In this document: positions 1 to 9,654 of the stretch, in pieces
Layout of the letters: every line of letters starts with the position of its first letter
Numbering within the stretch: position 1 is the first letter of the stretch
Origin: Deltaproteobacteria bacterium
GTDB lineage: Bacteria; Desulfobacterota; Desulfobulbia; Desulfobulbales; SURF-16
Reading direction: 5' to 3'
Length of the DNA: 64,000 nucleotides
NCBI GenBank assembly: GCA_016219175.1
Contig: JACRCD010000017.1
Span: forward strand, 36,446 to 100,445
The notes under the pieces: generated by a model
What the model saw: only the letters and a program-made list of their open reading frames with translations
Told to the model about the DNA's origin: nothing
The model's database searches: none
Position numbers and translations under genes: made by a program

Positions 1-25
1 AATAATAAATATTGTACGAGAGGTG

Positions 26-730
26 TCAAGGTCTTCCGTTTTTCAAAGCGGCAGCTTCTGTCCACGGCCCCAGCCTGGTTGGCTGACAGACATGAAGCTC
101 CAGCCGGCGGTGGAATTCGTAACCCGGCATCTCTCTGGCGCCGAGACTGAGCAAATGGGATGTCGTCATCTGGCAGTCAATGAGGTCAAAGCCCCAATGC
201 CGCAGGAGCGTGACCAGATGGGCCAGGGCCACCTTGGAGCTGTTCGCCGCTCTGGAAAACATGGACTCCCCAAAAAATATCTTGCCAAGGGCTACGCCGT
301 ATAGCCCCCCGGCAAGCATCCCGTCCCGCCAACATTCAACCGAATGGGCGTAACCGGCCTCATGGAGCCGGATATAGGCCTCAATCATTTCAGGCACCAG
401 CCAGGTGCCCTGCTCTTTTCCCGGCCGTGGCGCCGAACAGGCCCTGATCACCTGTGCAAAAGAGGTGTCAAAGGTTACCTGAAATTGACCCTGGCGGATG
501 CTGCGGGCCAGACGTCTGGGCATATGAAACAACCTTGGTTCCAGGACGAGACGGGGGTCGGGCGCCCACCAGAGAATGGGGTCTTCCTCGGTGTACCAGG
601 GGAAAATACCCTGACCATAGGCGAGAAGAAGCCTTTCCACGGAAAGATCGCCGCCGATGGCCAGCAAGCCGTCCTCTCGGGCCAGATAAGGTGGGGGGAA
701 AATCAGTTCGTCGCTTAAACCGAATATCAT
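26..730 (-). CDS. aat: leucyl/phenylalanyl-tRNA--protein transferase
   Basis: ORF 26..736 carries GQGIFPWY and FFGESMFS-type motifs typical of L/F-transferase. The ATG at 730 forms an ATGA overlap with the hypB stop, so the ORF-track first codon at 736 (TTG) is less likely. Confidence 0.85.
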   Translation of the reverse strand: MIFGLSDELIFPPPYLAREDGLLAIGGDLSVERLLLAYGQGIFPWYTEEDPILWWAPDPRLVLEPRLFHMPRRLARSIRQGQFQVTFDTSFAQVIRACSAPRPGKEQGTWLVPEMIEAYIRLHEAGYAHSVECWRDGMLAGGLYGVALGKIFFGESMFSRAANSSKVALAHLVTLLRHWGFDLIDCQMTTSHLLSLGAREMPGYEFHRRLELHVCQPTRLGPWTEAAALKNGRP

Positions 731-1422
731 TGGCAAAGAGAACGCAGATAAGCCAGCCAGCTGTCAAAACCATCGCCGGTTGTGGCGGATAGGGACATAA
801 CCATAAGCCGGGGATTAAGCTGCCGGGCATCTTTTATCGCCGCCTCGGGCGAAAAGTCAAAATAAGGCAGCAGATCTGTTTTGCTGATGATGAAAACCTG
901 GGAGCTGATGAAGGCCTTCGGGTATTTGGCGGGCTTATCCGGCCCCTCGGGCACGGAAATCATTACCACGCGCTGATGCTCGCCCAGATAAAAGGTGGCC
1001 GGGCAGACGAGATTGCCGACATTTTCGATAAAGAGCAGATCAAGTTTCTTCTCCCCGAGCTGGTCCTCCAGGGCATGAATACCTTTATGGGTCAAAGCCG
1101 CATCAAGATGGCAGGCGCCTCCCGTGGTAAGCTGCACCACAGGCACCCCTTTGGCGCGGATGCGGTCGGCATCCCGTTCCGTTTCAATATCGCCTTCTAT
1201 CACGCCGATACGAAACTCCTTGGCCAGCCGCTCAATGGTTTTTTCAAGCAGGGTGGTTTTCCCCGAGCCGGGGCTGCTGATCAGATTAATCGCCACCGCC
1301 CCCAGTTCCTCGATGTGTTCCCTGTTCTTGCGGGCCAGGGCATCGTTGGCCGCAAGCAGACTCTGATTGACATCAACCACATGATGATGGCCCGGACTCA
1401 CACATCCACAATCGTCACACAT
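727..1422 (-). CDS. hypB: hydrogenase nickel incorporation GTPase HypB
   Basis: N-terminal Cys/His metal-binding stretch MCDDCGCVSPGHHH and P-loop GSGKTTLL; sits in the hyp gene context. Confidence 0.9.
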   Translation of the reverse strand: MCDDCGCVSPGHHHVVDVNQSLLAANDALARKNREHIEELGAVAINLISSPGSGKTTLLEKTIERLAKEFRIGVIEGDIETERDADRIRAKGVPVVQLTTGGACHLDAALTHKGIHALEDQLGEKKLDLLFIENVGNLVCPATFYLGEHQRVVMISVPEGPDKPAKYPKAFISSQVFIISKTDLLPYFDFSPEAAIKDARQLNPRLMVMSLSATTGDGFDSWLAYLRSLCQ

Positions 1423-1514
1423 ATGCCTTATTTTCCTTCTGTTTTGTACCTGTTCAAATGTAAAGCCTGAAGGATGTTCAGTCCTTCCGCCTGATGTCTC
1501 CTGCCTTTATAACA

Positions 1515-1537
1515 GGGGCGGGCATGAAAACCGCCCC
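1515..1537 (-). other. intra-operon GC hairpin between hypA and hypB
   Basis: GGGGCGG (1515-1521) pairs with CCGCCCC (1531-1537) around a 9-nt loop. No clear U-tract follows on the minus strand, so function (attenuator or mRNA stabiliser) is unknown. Confidence 0.3.
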
Positions 1538-1572
1538 CGCGGTCCTTGCTTCTGCCTTTTTTCCCTGCCCCT

Positions 1573-1917
1573 TTATTCCATTTCGACCTGAAGCAGAATC
1601 AGACCGTCACCGCCATCCGGCACCAGCAAGGTTTTAGCGCACTGCGAGCACGTCTCGGGCAGCCGTTCGGTCTGGCGGACATGACCGCAATAACAGCATT
1701 TATACCGCAACGGCGGGATGACAATCTCAAGCCGGGCATGGCGCGTCAGGTCAATTTCCGCGGCAAGCACCTCAAAGCCGAACTTGAAGGAATCGATGAC
1801 GATGCCGGAATGCGGCCCCACCTCCAGCCTCACCTTGCTGACAGACTTGCTCCCGTGCTCAGCCGCAAGTAAGGCCAGCTGCTTAAGCAGCCCCTGAACC
1901 AGGGATATTTCGTGCAT
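1573..1917 (-). CDS. hypA: hydrogenase maturation nickel metallochaperone HypA
   Basis: MHE N-terminus and two CxxC pairs (CCYC...CSQC). AAGGAGGGG Shine-Dalgarno lies just upstream of the ATG at 1917; the ORF-track start at 1935 is less likely. Confidence 0.85.
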   Translation of the reverse strand: MHEISLVQGLLKQLALLAAEHGSKSVSKVRLEVGPHSGIVIDSFKFGFEVLAAEIDLTRHARLEIVIPPLRYKCCYCGHVRQTERLPETCSQCAKTLLVPDGGDGLILLQVEME

Positions 1918-2395
1918 GAATCCCCTCCTTTTCAAGGATGCTCCGTATCATCCGCGCCACTTCCACCACTTTATCCGCCAATAGCGCGGACAGCTCCATG
2001 CCGGTTTCCATGACGGCGGGCACCACGCCGATAAACCGCACCTCCTCCGGCGCCTGTTCCCGCAGGCGGCAGATCTCCATCACCTCAAGAAGACCCAGCT
2101 GATGAGGAGACATTCGCATCTGCACATTGGCTCCCCGCAGGTCTTCCCCGCTGAAGACATGAATGGTGCCGGGCGGACCGTCCCATGCCACCACGTCAAC
2201 AACAAACAGCTGATCAACATCTTCCAGAAAAGGCGCCATGTAGATGCCTGCCGTGCCGCCGTCCATCAGGCGGACCTGCTCGGGGAAGAGGCAGTGGTTT
2301 TCCAGGTAACGGATGACATGCACCCCGAAGCCCTCATCGCCAAGCAACAGATTGCCGATGCCGAGTATGCCGATTTTTTTCATTGTCTCAGACAA
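1883..2395 (-). CDS. [NiFe]-hydrogenase maturation endopeptidase (HyaD/HybD family)
   Basis: GIGNLLLGDEGFGVH motif. TTG at 2395 is preceded by GGAGG at about 7 nt; the alternative ATG at 2383 (MKKIGILG...) lacks a Shine-Dalgarno. Overlaps hypA by 35 nt. Confidence 0.85.
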   Translation of the reverse strand: MSETMKKIGILGIGNLLLGDEGFGVHVIRYLENHCLFPEQVRLMDGGTAGIYMAPFLEDVDQLFVVDVVAWDGPPGTIHVFSGEDLRGANVQMRMSPHQLGLLEVMEICRLREQAPEEVRFIGVVPAVMETGMELSALLADKVVEVARMIRSILEKEGIHARNIPGSGAA

Positions 2396-2416
2396 TTTCT
2401 ATCCTCCGGAAAATTT

Positions 2417-3433
2417 TTAACATATCCTCGGCAAAGGCTCGCCGGTGAGAGACGGCGCAATACGGGCACCTCCGGCAATGGTCTTCAACACCACCCGGCC
2501 GGCGGGACCAGCGGTCACCCGGCCGATGATGGCCGCATCCGCGCCTTCCGGCAACGAACGCATGATATCAAGCACCCGGCCGGCATGATCCTTGTCCACC
2601 AACGCCAGCAGCTTTCCTTCATTGGCCAGATACAGCGGATCCATGCCGAGAATTTCACAGGCAGCCCCTACCTCGGGCTTGACCGGGATGTCCCCTTCCT
2701 CTAGCTCCACGGAAACCCGGGCCGCCTCCGCTATTTCATTTAATGAAGTCGCCACCCCGCCCCTGGTCGGGTCCCGCAGGGTATGCACGGCACCGGGGGC
2801 CTCGTCCAGCATCTTCCGCACCAGACGGTGCAGGGCCATGGTGTCACTTGTCAGATCACCCTGCAGGGAAAGACCGGCCCGCTGGGTCAGGATGGTAATG
2901 CCGTGATCCCCCATGCTGCCGGAGAGGATAACCGCATCACCGGGACGGGCATTCATGGCGGAGATTTGGACATCGCCGTCCACCAGGCCGATGCCTGAGG
3001 TGTTGATAAAAATCTTGTCGCCCTTGCCCCGGGGCACAACCTTGGTATCCCCCGTCACCACCGGCACATCCGCCCCGCGGCACGCTGCCTGGACAGAGAG
3101 GATAATGCGTTGCAGATCCTCCATGGGCAGCCCCTCTTCCAGGATCAGGGCGAGGCTCAGACAGATCGGTCTTGCCCCCCGCATGGCCAGGTCATTGATG
3201 GTGCCGTTAACGGCCAGCCGCCCGATATCCCCGCCAGGGAAAAAAATCGGGTCAACCACATAACTGTCCGTGGTAAAGGCCAGCCGGCCCGCGCCTGTAT
3301 CAACAAGGGCGCTGTCTTCCATACAGGCCAGGACCGGGTTGTCCAGATGGGGAAGAAAAAGATTTCTGATCAACTCCTGGCTGGCGCGGCCGCCGCTGCC
3401 ATGATCGAGAAGGATTGTTGCCAAGGGTTTCAT
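2417..3433 (-). CDS. hypE: hydrogenase expression/formation protein HypE
   Basis: LDHGSGG near the N-terminus and the C-terminal PRIC motif. Start was chosen at MKPLATILLDHGSGG (ATG 3433); ATG 3466 is an alternative. The ORF-track 5' extension to 3619 overlaps hypD and is rejected. Confidence 0.9.
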   Translation of the reverse strand: MKPLATILLDHGSGGRASQELIRNLFLPHLDNPVLACMEDSALVDTGAGRLAFTTDSYVVDPIFFPGGDIGRLAVNGTINDLAMRGARPICLSLALILEEGLPMEDLQRIILSVQAACRGADVPVVTGDTKVVPRGKGDKIFINTSGIGLVDGDVQISAMNARPGDAVILSGSMGDHGITILTQRAGLSLQGDLTSDTMALHRLVRKMLDEAPGAVHTLRDPTRGGVATSLNEIAEAARVSVELEEGDIPVKPEVGAACEILGMDPLYLANEGKLLALVDKDHAGRVLDIMRSLPEGADAAIIGRVTAGPAGRVVLKTIAGGARIAPSLTGEPLPRIC

Positions 3434-3474
3434 TAAAGTTGACCGAAGGTTGAAGTTTTGGGACATAATTTTTT

Positions 3475-4560
3475 TCAGACCCTGGCGTAGCGGTAATATG
3501 CGGCGCAGGTTCCCTCGCTTGATACCATGCAGGGACCCACGGGGGCAAGCGGCGTGCATCTCCCGGCAAACAGGGGGCAGTCGGCGGGGTTTTTCTTGCC
3601 CTTCAGGATCTGGCCGCACAGGCAGCCCTTAGGTTCCGGCGCCTCCGTGAGTCTGATGGCGAATCTTTTTTCCGCGTCAAAACACCCATACCTCTCCCGG
3701 ATAGCCATGCCGCTGGCCGGGATAACGCCCAGACCCCGCCACTGACAGTCCACCGGCGCAAAAACATCGCTCATCAGCTTCCGGGCCCGCGGGTTGCCCT
3801 GCCAGGACACGGCCCGGGCATAGCCGTTCTCAACCACGGACCGCTTTTCCCTTGCCTGTTTTGCCAGCAGAATAACGGCCTGGAGTATATCAACCGGCTC
3901 AAATCCCGCCACCACGCAGGACAGGCCGTAATTTTCCGCCAAAGGAGCGTAAGCCGCCGCCCCGATGATGGTGCTGACGTGTCCGGGACAGAGCAACCCG
4001 TCCAGACGCAGCTCCGGATCATCAAGCAGCGCCGCCAGGGCCGGGGGCATGATCTTGTGGGCGGAAAACACGGTAAAATTATCCAGCTCCCGGCGCTCTG
4101 CCTCCAGAATGGTGGCGGCCACCAGGGGAATGGTGGTTTCAAAGCCCACCGACAGAAAGACCACCTCCTCCCCCGGATATTTTTCAGCAAGAGTCAGCGC
4201 GTCCATGGGGGAGTAAACAATCTCCACCCGGGCGCCCATGGATTGGGCCCTGGCCAGGGAACCACTGGCGCCCGGCACCCGGAAGAGATCGCCGAAGATG
4301 GCCACCCGCACCCCATCTCTGGCCGCGATATCAATAAAAGCGTCGATATGGGCGGCGGAGGTTACACAGACCGGACATCCCGGTCCGGAAATCAGCTCCA
4401 GCTCTTCCGGCAGAATGGCGCGCAACCCATGCCTGAAAATAGCCATGGTATGGGTGCCGCACACCTCCATGATCCGCAGGGGACGGTCAATGATGCGGCG
4501 CAGCTCAGCCACCAGAGGGACAATAAATTTTTTATCCCTGAACTCCGAGACATATTTCAT
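3475..4560 (-). CDS. hypD: hydrogenase formation protein HypD
   Basis: GPGCPVCV and GFETT motifs; ATGA overlap with the hypC stop. Confidence 0.9.
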   Translation of the reverse strand: MKYVSEFRDKKFIVPLVAELRRIIDRPLRIMEVCGTHTMAIFRHGLRAILPEELELISGPGCPVCVTSAAHIDAFIDIAARDGVRVAIFGDLFRVPGASGSLARAQSMGARVEIVYSPMDALTLAEKYPGEEVVFLSVGFETTIPLVAATILEAERRELDNFTVFSAHKIMPPALAALLDDPELRLDGLLCPGHVSTIIGAAAYAPLAENYGLSCVVAGFEPVDILQAVILLAKQAREKRSVVENGYARAVSWQGNPRARKLMSDVFAPVDCQWRGLGVIPASGMAIRERYGCFDAEKRFAIRLTEAPEPKGCLCGQILKGKKNPADCPLFAGRCTPLAPVGPCMVSSEGTCAAYYRYARV

Positions 4561-4835
4561 GGTGACCCTTTATCCCCTTCGGTTACCCCGGCCACCCCTG
4601 CCGCCATTTCCCGGAGAAGACGCAGATTGATTTCCGCCTCCTCCGCATCCAGGGTGTGGATGGCAAAGCCCGCATGGATAATGAGATAATCGCCGATTGC
4701 CGGCCAGCGGTCAACCAGATCAAGGCGGACTTCCTTTTCAATCCCCTGGGCCTCGACAATGCCGATCCGCGGGGTGCTTATATCGTTTTCATTGCCCTTA
4801 ACGGCAAGAACACGCATGGGTACAGCCAGACACAT
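4557..4835 (-). CDS. hypC: hydrogenase assembly chaperone HypC/HupF
   Basis: MCLAVPM N-terminus (essential Cys2), about 90 aa. Confidence 0.9.
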   Translation of the reverse strand: MCLAVPMRVLAVKGNENDISTPRIGIVEAQGIEKEVRLDLVDRWPAIGDYLIIHAGFAIHTLDAEEAEINLRLLREMAAGVAGVTEGDKGSP

Positions 4836-4861
4836 TGAATATCCTCATGATGTTATTCGGT

Positions 4862-4917
4862 TGAACGCTTATACGTTTAACCGCTTAAACGCTGGAACGC
4901 TGGAACGCCTGAACGCT
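4862..4917. repeat. 7 tandem copies of a degenerate octamer (consensus TRAACGCT)
   Basis: Read directly: tgaacgct|tatacgtt|taaccgct|taaacgct|ggaacgct|ggaacgcc|tgaacgct. It spans the last ~40 nt of hypF and the first 15 nt of the hypF-hypC spacer. Confidence 0.9.
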
Positions 4918-7282
4918 TCTCTGCCAGCTGCTTCATCCCGGCAATCACTGCCTGGCCGAGAGAGATCCCGCCATCATTTGCCGGCGCCTTCTCGCCGGCA
5001 AAGACCTCATAGCCCGCAGCCTCCAGATTTTGCAGCAGACCTGAAAGCAGCAGACCATTCTGCAGGCAGCCGCCGCCCAGCACCACCTTTTTCCTGCCCA
5101 GCCTGGCCCCAAGCGTTGTTATGGCCTCCGTCACGGAGATAACCAGCCAGCGATGGAAAGCCAGGGCAAGTTCCCCCCTGTTGCGGTTTTGGGCCAGGGC
5201 ATCAACAAGGGCCCTGACCAGCTGCCCGGTCTTGATCACCATGCGCCCCTGCTCTTCGGCCAGCACCACCGGAAAATCTCCGGCAGCACTGATCAACCCG
5301 GGCCAAGCCCCTTTGCCCTCCTGCCAGGCCAAGGCCTCAAGCTCCATGGCCGCCTGTCCTTCATAATCCGAGACAATACGCAGGTCAAGCATGGCCGATA
5401 CCGCGTCAAATAATCGTCCGCAGCTTGAGGTGAGCGGGGTGTTTATTTGTTTCTCCATCATCTGCAGCAAGGTATTTCTTTTGGCAGCCTCCACCTTGGC
5501 CAGGGCAGGAACAAACTCTTTAGCAGCCAGTTCTTCCCTGCCGTATGCCAGCCACAGTGCGGCCATGGCCATGCGCCAGGGCTCCCGGGCCGCCGCATCG
5601 CCGCCGGGCAGCATCATCTCCTCAAGGCTCGCCAGCCGCGTAAAAGAGGTGAGCCCCGCCAGCAGTATTTCACCGCCCCAGACACCGCCGTCCAACCCAT
5701 AACCGCTGCCGTCCAGTATAACGGCAAAGGTGTCGTCTGCCAAGCCATGTTCCGCCATAACCGCCACGGCATGGGCATGATGATGCTGCACTCTGACCAG
5801 GGGCAGCCCAAGTTTTTCAGCAAAGCGGCTGCTCAAATAATCAGGATGCAGGTCACAGGCCACTGCCGCGGGTGTGAAATCCAGAATATTTTGCATGTGG
5901 CGCACACTCTCTGCAAAAAACTCAAGGGTCTCCACGCTTGAGAGATCGCCGATATGCTGGCTCAGAAAGGCCTCCCCGCCCCTGACCAGACAGAAGGTAT
6001 TTTTCAACTCCGCGCCGCAGGCCAGCACCTCGGGCAGATGCCAGCCAAGGGCAAGGGCTTCCGGCACGTAACCCCGGGCCCGGCGCAGGACACGACCCTT
6101 ACCGCCCATCACCCTGATGACTGAATCATCAACCCGGGTGACAATGTCTCTGTTGTGGAGAAGAAAAAAATCGGCGATGCCGGCAAGACTCTCCACTGCC
6201 GCGCTGTTTGCCGTGCAGATCGGCTCGTCGCTTCTGTTGCCGCTGGTCATGACCAGGGCATGCGGTCCGTTTTCAACCCGGAAGAGCAGATGATGAAAAG
6301 GGGTATAGGGCAGCATGAGTCCCAGATGAGCTATGCCTGGCGCCAGCGAAGAGGCGAGCCAACTGTCGTCTTTTCTAGGCAGCAGAACGATGGGGCGCCG
6401 CCAGGAGCAGAGAAGCTGCTCCTCCTCTGCCGAGATGACGCATAAATTCCTGGCCGTGGCCAGATCCGGCGCCATGACGGCCAGAGGTTTTGAGGGCCGT
6501 TTTTTTCTCTGCCGCAGCTTTTGTACCGCTTCTTCACTGCCGGCATCAACCGCGAGATGAAAGCCCCCGAGTCCGCGCATGGCGACCACGCAGCCCCGGC
6601 CCAGGGCGCCAATCGCCGCCGCCAGTGGATCATCACAGGTTATGAGCCGGCCCTCCCCATCATGCCAGCTCAAGCGCGGTCCGCACTGCCAGCAGGCATC
6701 AGGCTGGGCGTGAAACCGGCGGTCTGCCGGATCATGATATTCGCCGGCGCAGGACGGACACATGGGAAAAACATGCATGGAGGTATTGGGCCGGTCGTAG
6801 GGGATGGAGGAAACGATGGTTAAGCGCGGCCCGCAGTTGGTGCAGTTGATGAACGGATAGAGATACCGTCTGTCTCCGGGGTTAAAGAGCTCTGCCAGAC
6901 AGTCGGCGCAGACAGCCGCGTCAGGGGGAATCATGGTGGAGGGACGTCCCGACCTGTCGCTTTCGAGAATGAAAAACCCAGGCCCGCGAGGAGGCACCTC
7001 TGCCGGCGTTATTTCAAGGGAGGTGATCCTGGCCAGCGGGGGCAACTCATTTTGCAGACAGAAGACAAAACTATCCAGCCGGGAAAGGGGTGGCGCCAAC
7101 CTGATCACCACCCCTTCAGCACTGTTTATCACTGTGCCGGAAAAACCGAATCGACCTGCCAACCGGTGCACAAAAGGCCGGAAACCCACCCCCTGCACCA
7201 CACCCTGAAGCTTTACTTCAACCCCTTGATCCTCCGGGTTATGAGGCAAAAAAAACCTCTCAGGCCTTGGCGGAGCTGTCAT
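4877..7282 (-). CDS. hypF: carbamoyltransferase HypF
   Basis: 801 aa. Acylphosphatase-like N-terminus (VQGVGFRPFV), paired CxxC zinc fingers (CADC..CTNC..CPSC..CWQC), and YrdC-like and Kae1-like regions. Confidence 0.9.
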   Translation of the reverse strand: MTAPPRPERFFLPHNPEDQGVEVKLQGVVQGVGFRPFVHRLAGRFGFSGTVINSAEGVVIRLAPPLSRLDSFVFCLQNELPPLARITSLEITPAEVPPRGPGFFILESDRSGRPSTMIPPDAAVCADCLAELFNPGDRRYLYPFINCTNCGPRLTIVSSIPYDRPNTSMHVFPMCPSCAGEYHDPADRRFHAQPDACWQCGPRLSWHDGEGRLITCDDPLAAAIGALGRGCVVAMRGLGGFHLAVDAGSEEAVQKLRQRKKRPSKPLAVMAPDLATARNLCVISAEEEQLLCSWRRPIVLLPRKDDSWLASSLAPGIAHLGLMLPYTPFHHLLFRVENGPHALVMTSGNRSDEPICTANSAAVESLAGIADFFLLHNRDIVTRVDDSVIRVMGGKGRVLRRARGYVPEALALGWHLPEVLACGAELKNTFCLVRGGEAFLSQHIGDLSSVETLEFFAESVRHMQNILDFTPAAVACDLHPDYLSSRFAEKLGLPLVRVQHHHAHAVAVMAEHGLADDTFAVILDGSGYGLDGGVWGGEILLAGLTSFTRLASLEEMMLPGGDAAAREPWRMAMAALWLAYGREELAAKEFVPALAKVEAAKRNTLLQMMEKQINTPLTSSCGRLFDAVSAMLDLRIVSDYEGQAAMELEALAWQEGKGAWPGLISAAGDFPVVLAEEQGRMVIKTGQLVRALVDALAQNRNRGELALAFHRWLVISVTEAITTLGARLGRKKVVLGGGCLQNGLLLSGLLQNLEAAGYEVFAGEKAPANDGGISLGQAVIAGMKQLAEKRSGVPAFQRLSG

Positions 7283-7919
7283 TTTTCGGCTTAAACTTGT
7301 ACCCGTTAAAGATAGACGAAATCAGTCCCTGGGGGGACCGCACATCATTCCATACCACCAGATAGATATGGATGACAACAAAAAGCAGAAAATACCACAT
7401 GATGAGGTGGTGGACAAAACGGGCCTGCTGCTGGGAGCCGAACAGGGGGTACCCCCAGGATTGCCAGGCGGTGCTCTCCGGATACAACATGAAAAAACCG
7501 CTTACCAGCTGGGCGGCCGCCACTACGTAGGTAAGCAGATAGGTCAGGCCGGCCAGCACATTATGGCCCAAACGTTTCTCATAGCAGTCCGTGGCATAGA
7601 CATAGTAGGTCATGGTGGAAAAAAGATTTTTCACATTGCCGGTGGTTACGGGAGCGGCATCAAGAACGCGCTCCTGTTTGTTGCCGAACAGATAGAGATA
7701 GATGCGCGCCAGCACCGAGGCGGTAAAAACAAATCCCGCCAGAAAATGGAAGTAGCGCAGATTGGCCATGGGGAAAGTGCTGCCGCCCTCAATCCAGGTA
7801 TTGGTCCAGGGATCATGAATATAGAAGCCCGTCACCACCAGAAAGACAATGGAAAGGGCAAAACCCCAGTGGCACAGACGAAAAAGGATACTCCACACAC
7901 ACTTTTTTTCATAGTTCAT
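7260..7919 (-). CDS. cybH: Ni/Fe-hydrogenase b-type cytochrome subunit
   Basis: 219 aa with four hydrophobic helices and an RLCHWGFALS-type His motif. AGGAGG SD; immediately downstream of the large subunit; 23-nt overlap with the hypF start. Confidence 0.85.
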   Translation of the reverse strand: MNYEKKCVWSILFRLCHWGFALSIVFLVVTGFYIHDPWTNTWIEGGSTFPMANLRYFHFLAGFVFTASVLARIYLYLFGNKQERVLDAAPVTTGNVKNLFSTMTYYVYATDCYEKRLGHNVLAGLTYLLTYVVAAAQLVSGFFMLYPESTAWQSWGYPLFGSQQQARFVHHLIMWYFLLFVVIHIYLVVWNDVRSPQGLISSIFNGYKFKPKNDSSAKA

Positions 7920-7928
7920 GGCAGCCTC

Positions 7929-9629
7929 CTAAACGGCTTTCACCTTGATAAGCTCCTTGCCCTGGGGATCCAGCATATGCACGGCGCAGGCAATACAGGG
8001 ATCAAATGAATGAATGGTCCTCAGCACTTCCAGGGGTTTTTCCGGATCAGCCATGGGGTTGCCCACCAGGGAAGCCTCATAGGGGCCGGGCTGGCCCGCC
8101 TTGTCCCGGGGTCCGGCATTCCAGGTGGAAGGAACCACGCACTGGTAATTTTTGATTTTGTCATCCTTGATGACGATCCAGTGGGACAACGCGCCCCGGG
8201 GCGCCTCATGGAACCCGAAGCCGCGCTGTTCACCCTTGGGGAAAGTGGGAGGATTGAAGATGCTCAGATCTCCTTTGCCGATATTGTCAACCAAGAGCTG
8301 CCAGTGTTTGAGGGCAAGATCCGCCAGCATTGAGGCCCGCACCGCCCTGGCCAGATGACGGCCCAGGGTGGAATGCAGCACGGCGGGTCCCACCGTGACC
8401 CCGGCCACGGCGCTCACCCTGGCCAGGGCATCATTGACATTTTTTACCGTCTGCTCGTGGCCCAGGGCATAACCCACCATGAGCTGGGCCAGGGGGCCGA
8501 CCTGCATGGGCTTCTCCTGGAAGCGGGGCGCTTTCAGCCAGGTGTATTTGCCTTCATCCTGGAAATCCGAATATTTGGGGACGGTCTCCTCCTCATAGGG
8601 ATGACGGGCCCAGTCACCGTCATACCAGGCGTGGGCTATGCATTCCACCACGTTATCCTTGAAGTAGGGGTCGTTGAAGCCGGTAATCGGTTTGGCGGTA
8701 GCCAGGTCACCGTCAAAGATCGTGCCGCCGGGCAGATCGAACTTCGTTCCCGCCGTATCCAGCACCATATCCGGCACGGCCAGGTAGTTGGTGACTCCGG
8801 CGCCGTAGGGAAGCCATTCCTTGTAAAGAGCGCCGACGGCAATGACGTCAGGCAGGTAAACCTGCTGGATAAAACCGCGCACCTCCTCCACCAGCTGTTT
8901 CACCCAGTACAGCCTCTCCATGTTGAGGGCCGTTTCGTTGTCGAGATTGATGGCCGTTGTCACCCCGCCCACGGAAAGATTCTGGATGTGCGGATTCTTG
9001 CCGGAAATAATACCCAGGGCCTGGGTGGCCTTGCGCTGATAATCCAGGGCCTCCAGATAATGGGACACGGCCATGAGATTTGCCTCGGGCGGCAGTTTCA
9101 TGGCGGGATGGCCCCAGTAGGCATTGGCAAAGGGGCCGAGCTGACCGCTATCAACCAGCGCCTTTACCTTTTCCTGCACAGCCTTGAAGCGTTTGACGCT
9201 GTTGCCCGGCCATTCGGATAGGCTCTGGGCCAGGGCGGCTGTTTTGGCGGGATCGGCGCTCAGCGCCGAAACAACATCAACCCAGTCGAGGGCGGACAGG
9301 ACATAAAAATGAACGATGTGATCATGCAGGGCATGGATCGACATGACCAGGTTTCTGATATACTGGGCGTTTAACGGGATCTGGAGCCCCAGGGCGTTTT
9401 CCACCGCCCGCACCGAGGCCAGGGCATGAACCGTGGTGCAGACCCCGCAGATGCGCTGGGTGAAAAGCCAGGCGTCCCGGGGGTCCCTGCCCTGGAGGAT
9501 GACTTCAATGCCGCGCCACATCTGGCCGGAAGACCAGGCCTTGCTGATTTTCCCCCCTTCAACTTCCGCATCGATCCTTAAATGTCCTTCGATCCTGGTG
9601 ATGGGATCGATGGTTATACGCTGTGCCAT
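7929..9629 (-). CDS. [NiFe]-hydrogenase large subunit (group 1, membrane-bound uptake type)
   Basis: RIEGH and RICGVCT N-terminal motifs. C-terminal DPCIACAVH is followed by a 15-aa extension (the endopeptidase substrate). Cys, not Sec, at the DPC position. AAGGAGG SD. Confidence 0.95.
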   Translation of the reverse strand: MAQRITIDPITRIEGHLRIDAEVEGGKISKAWSSGQMWRGIEVILQGRDPRDAWLFTQRICGVCTTVHALASVRAVENALGLQIPLNAQYIRNLVMSIHALHDHIVHFYVLSALDWVDVVSALSADPAKTAALAQSLSEWPGNSVKRFKAVQEKVKALVDSGQLGPFANAYWGHPAMKLPPEANLMAVSHYLEALDYQRKATQALGIISGKNPHIQNLSVGGVTTAINLDNETALNMERLYWVKQLVEEVRGFIQQVYLPDVIAVGALYKEWLPYGAGVTNYLAVPDMVLDTAGTKFDLPGGTIFDGDLATAKPITGFNDPYFKDNVVECIAHAWYDGDWARHPYEEETVPKYSDFQDEGKYTWLKAPRFQEKPMQVGPLAQLMVGYALGHEQTVKNVNDALARVSAVAGVTVGPAVLHSTLGRHLARAVRASMLADLALKHWQLLVDNIGKGDLSIFNPPTFPKGEQRGFGFHEAPRGALSHWIVIKDDKIKNYQCVVPSTWNAGPRDKAGQPGPYEASLVGNPMADPEKPLEVLRTIHSFDPCIACAVHMLDPQGKELIKVKAV

Positions 9630-9654
9630 TATATGACCTCCTTAGTTGATGGGT

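Noticed and set aside
7929-9629. Possible [NiFeSe] hydrogenase with an in-frame UGA
   Set aside because: The C-terminal motif reads DPCIACAVH with Cys codons and the ORF is uninterrupted, so there is no selenocysteine.
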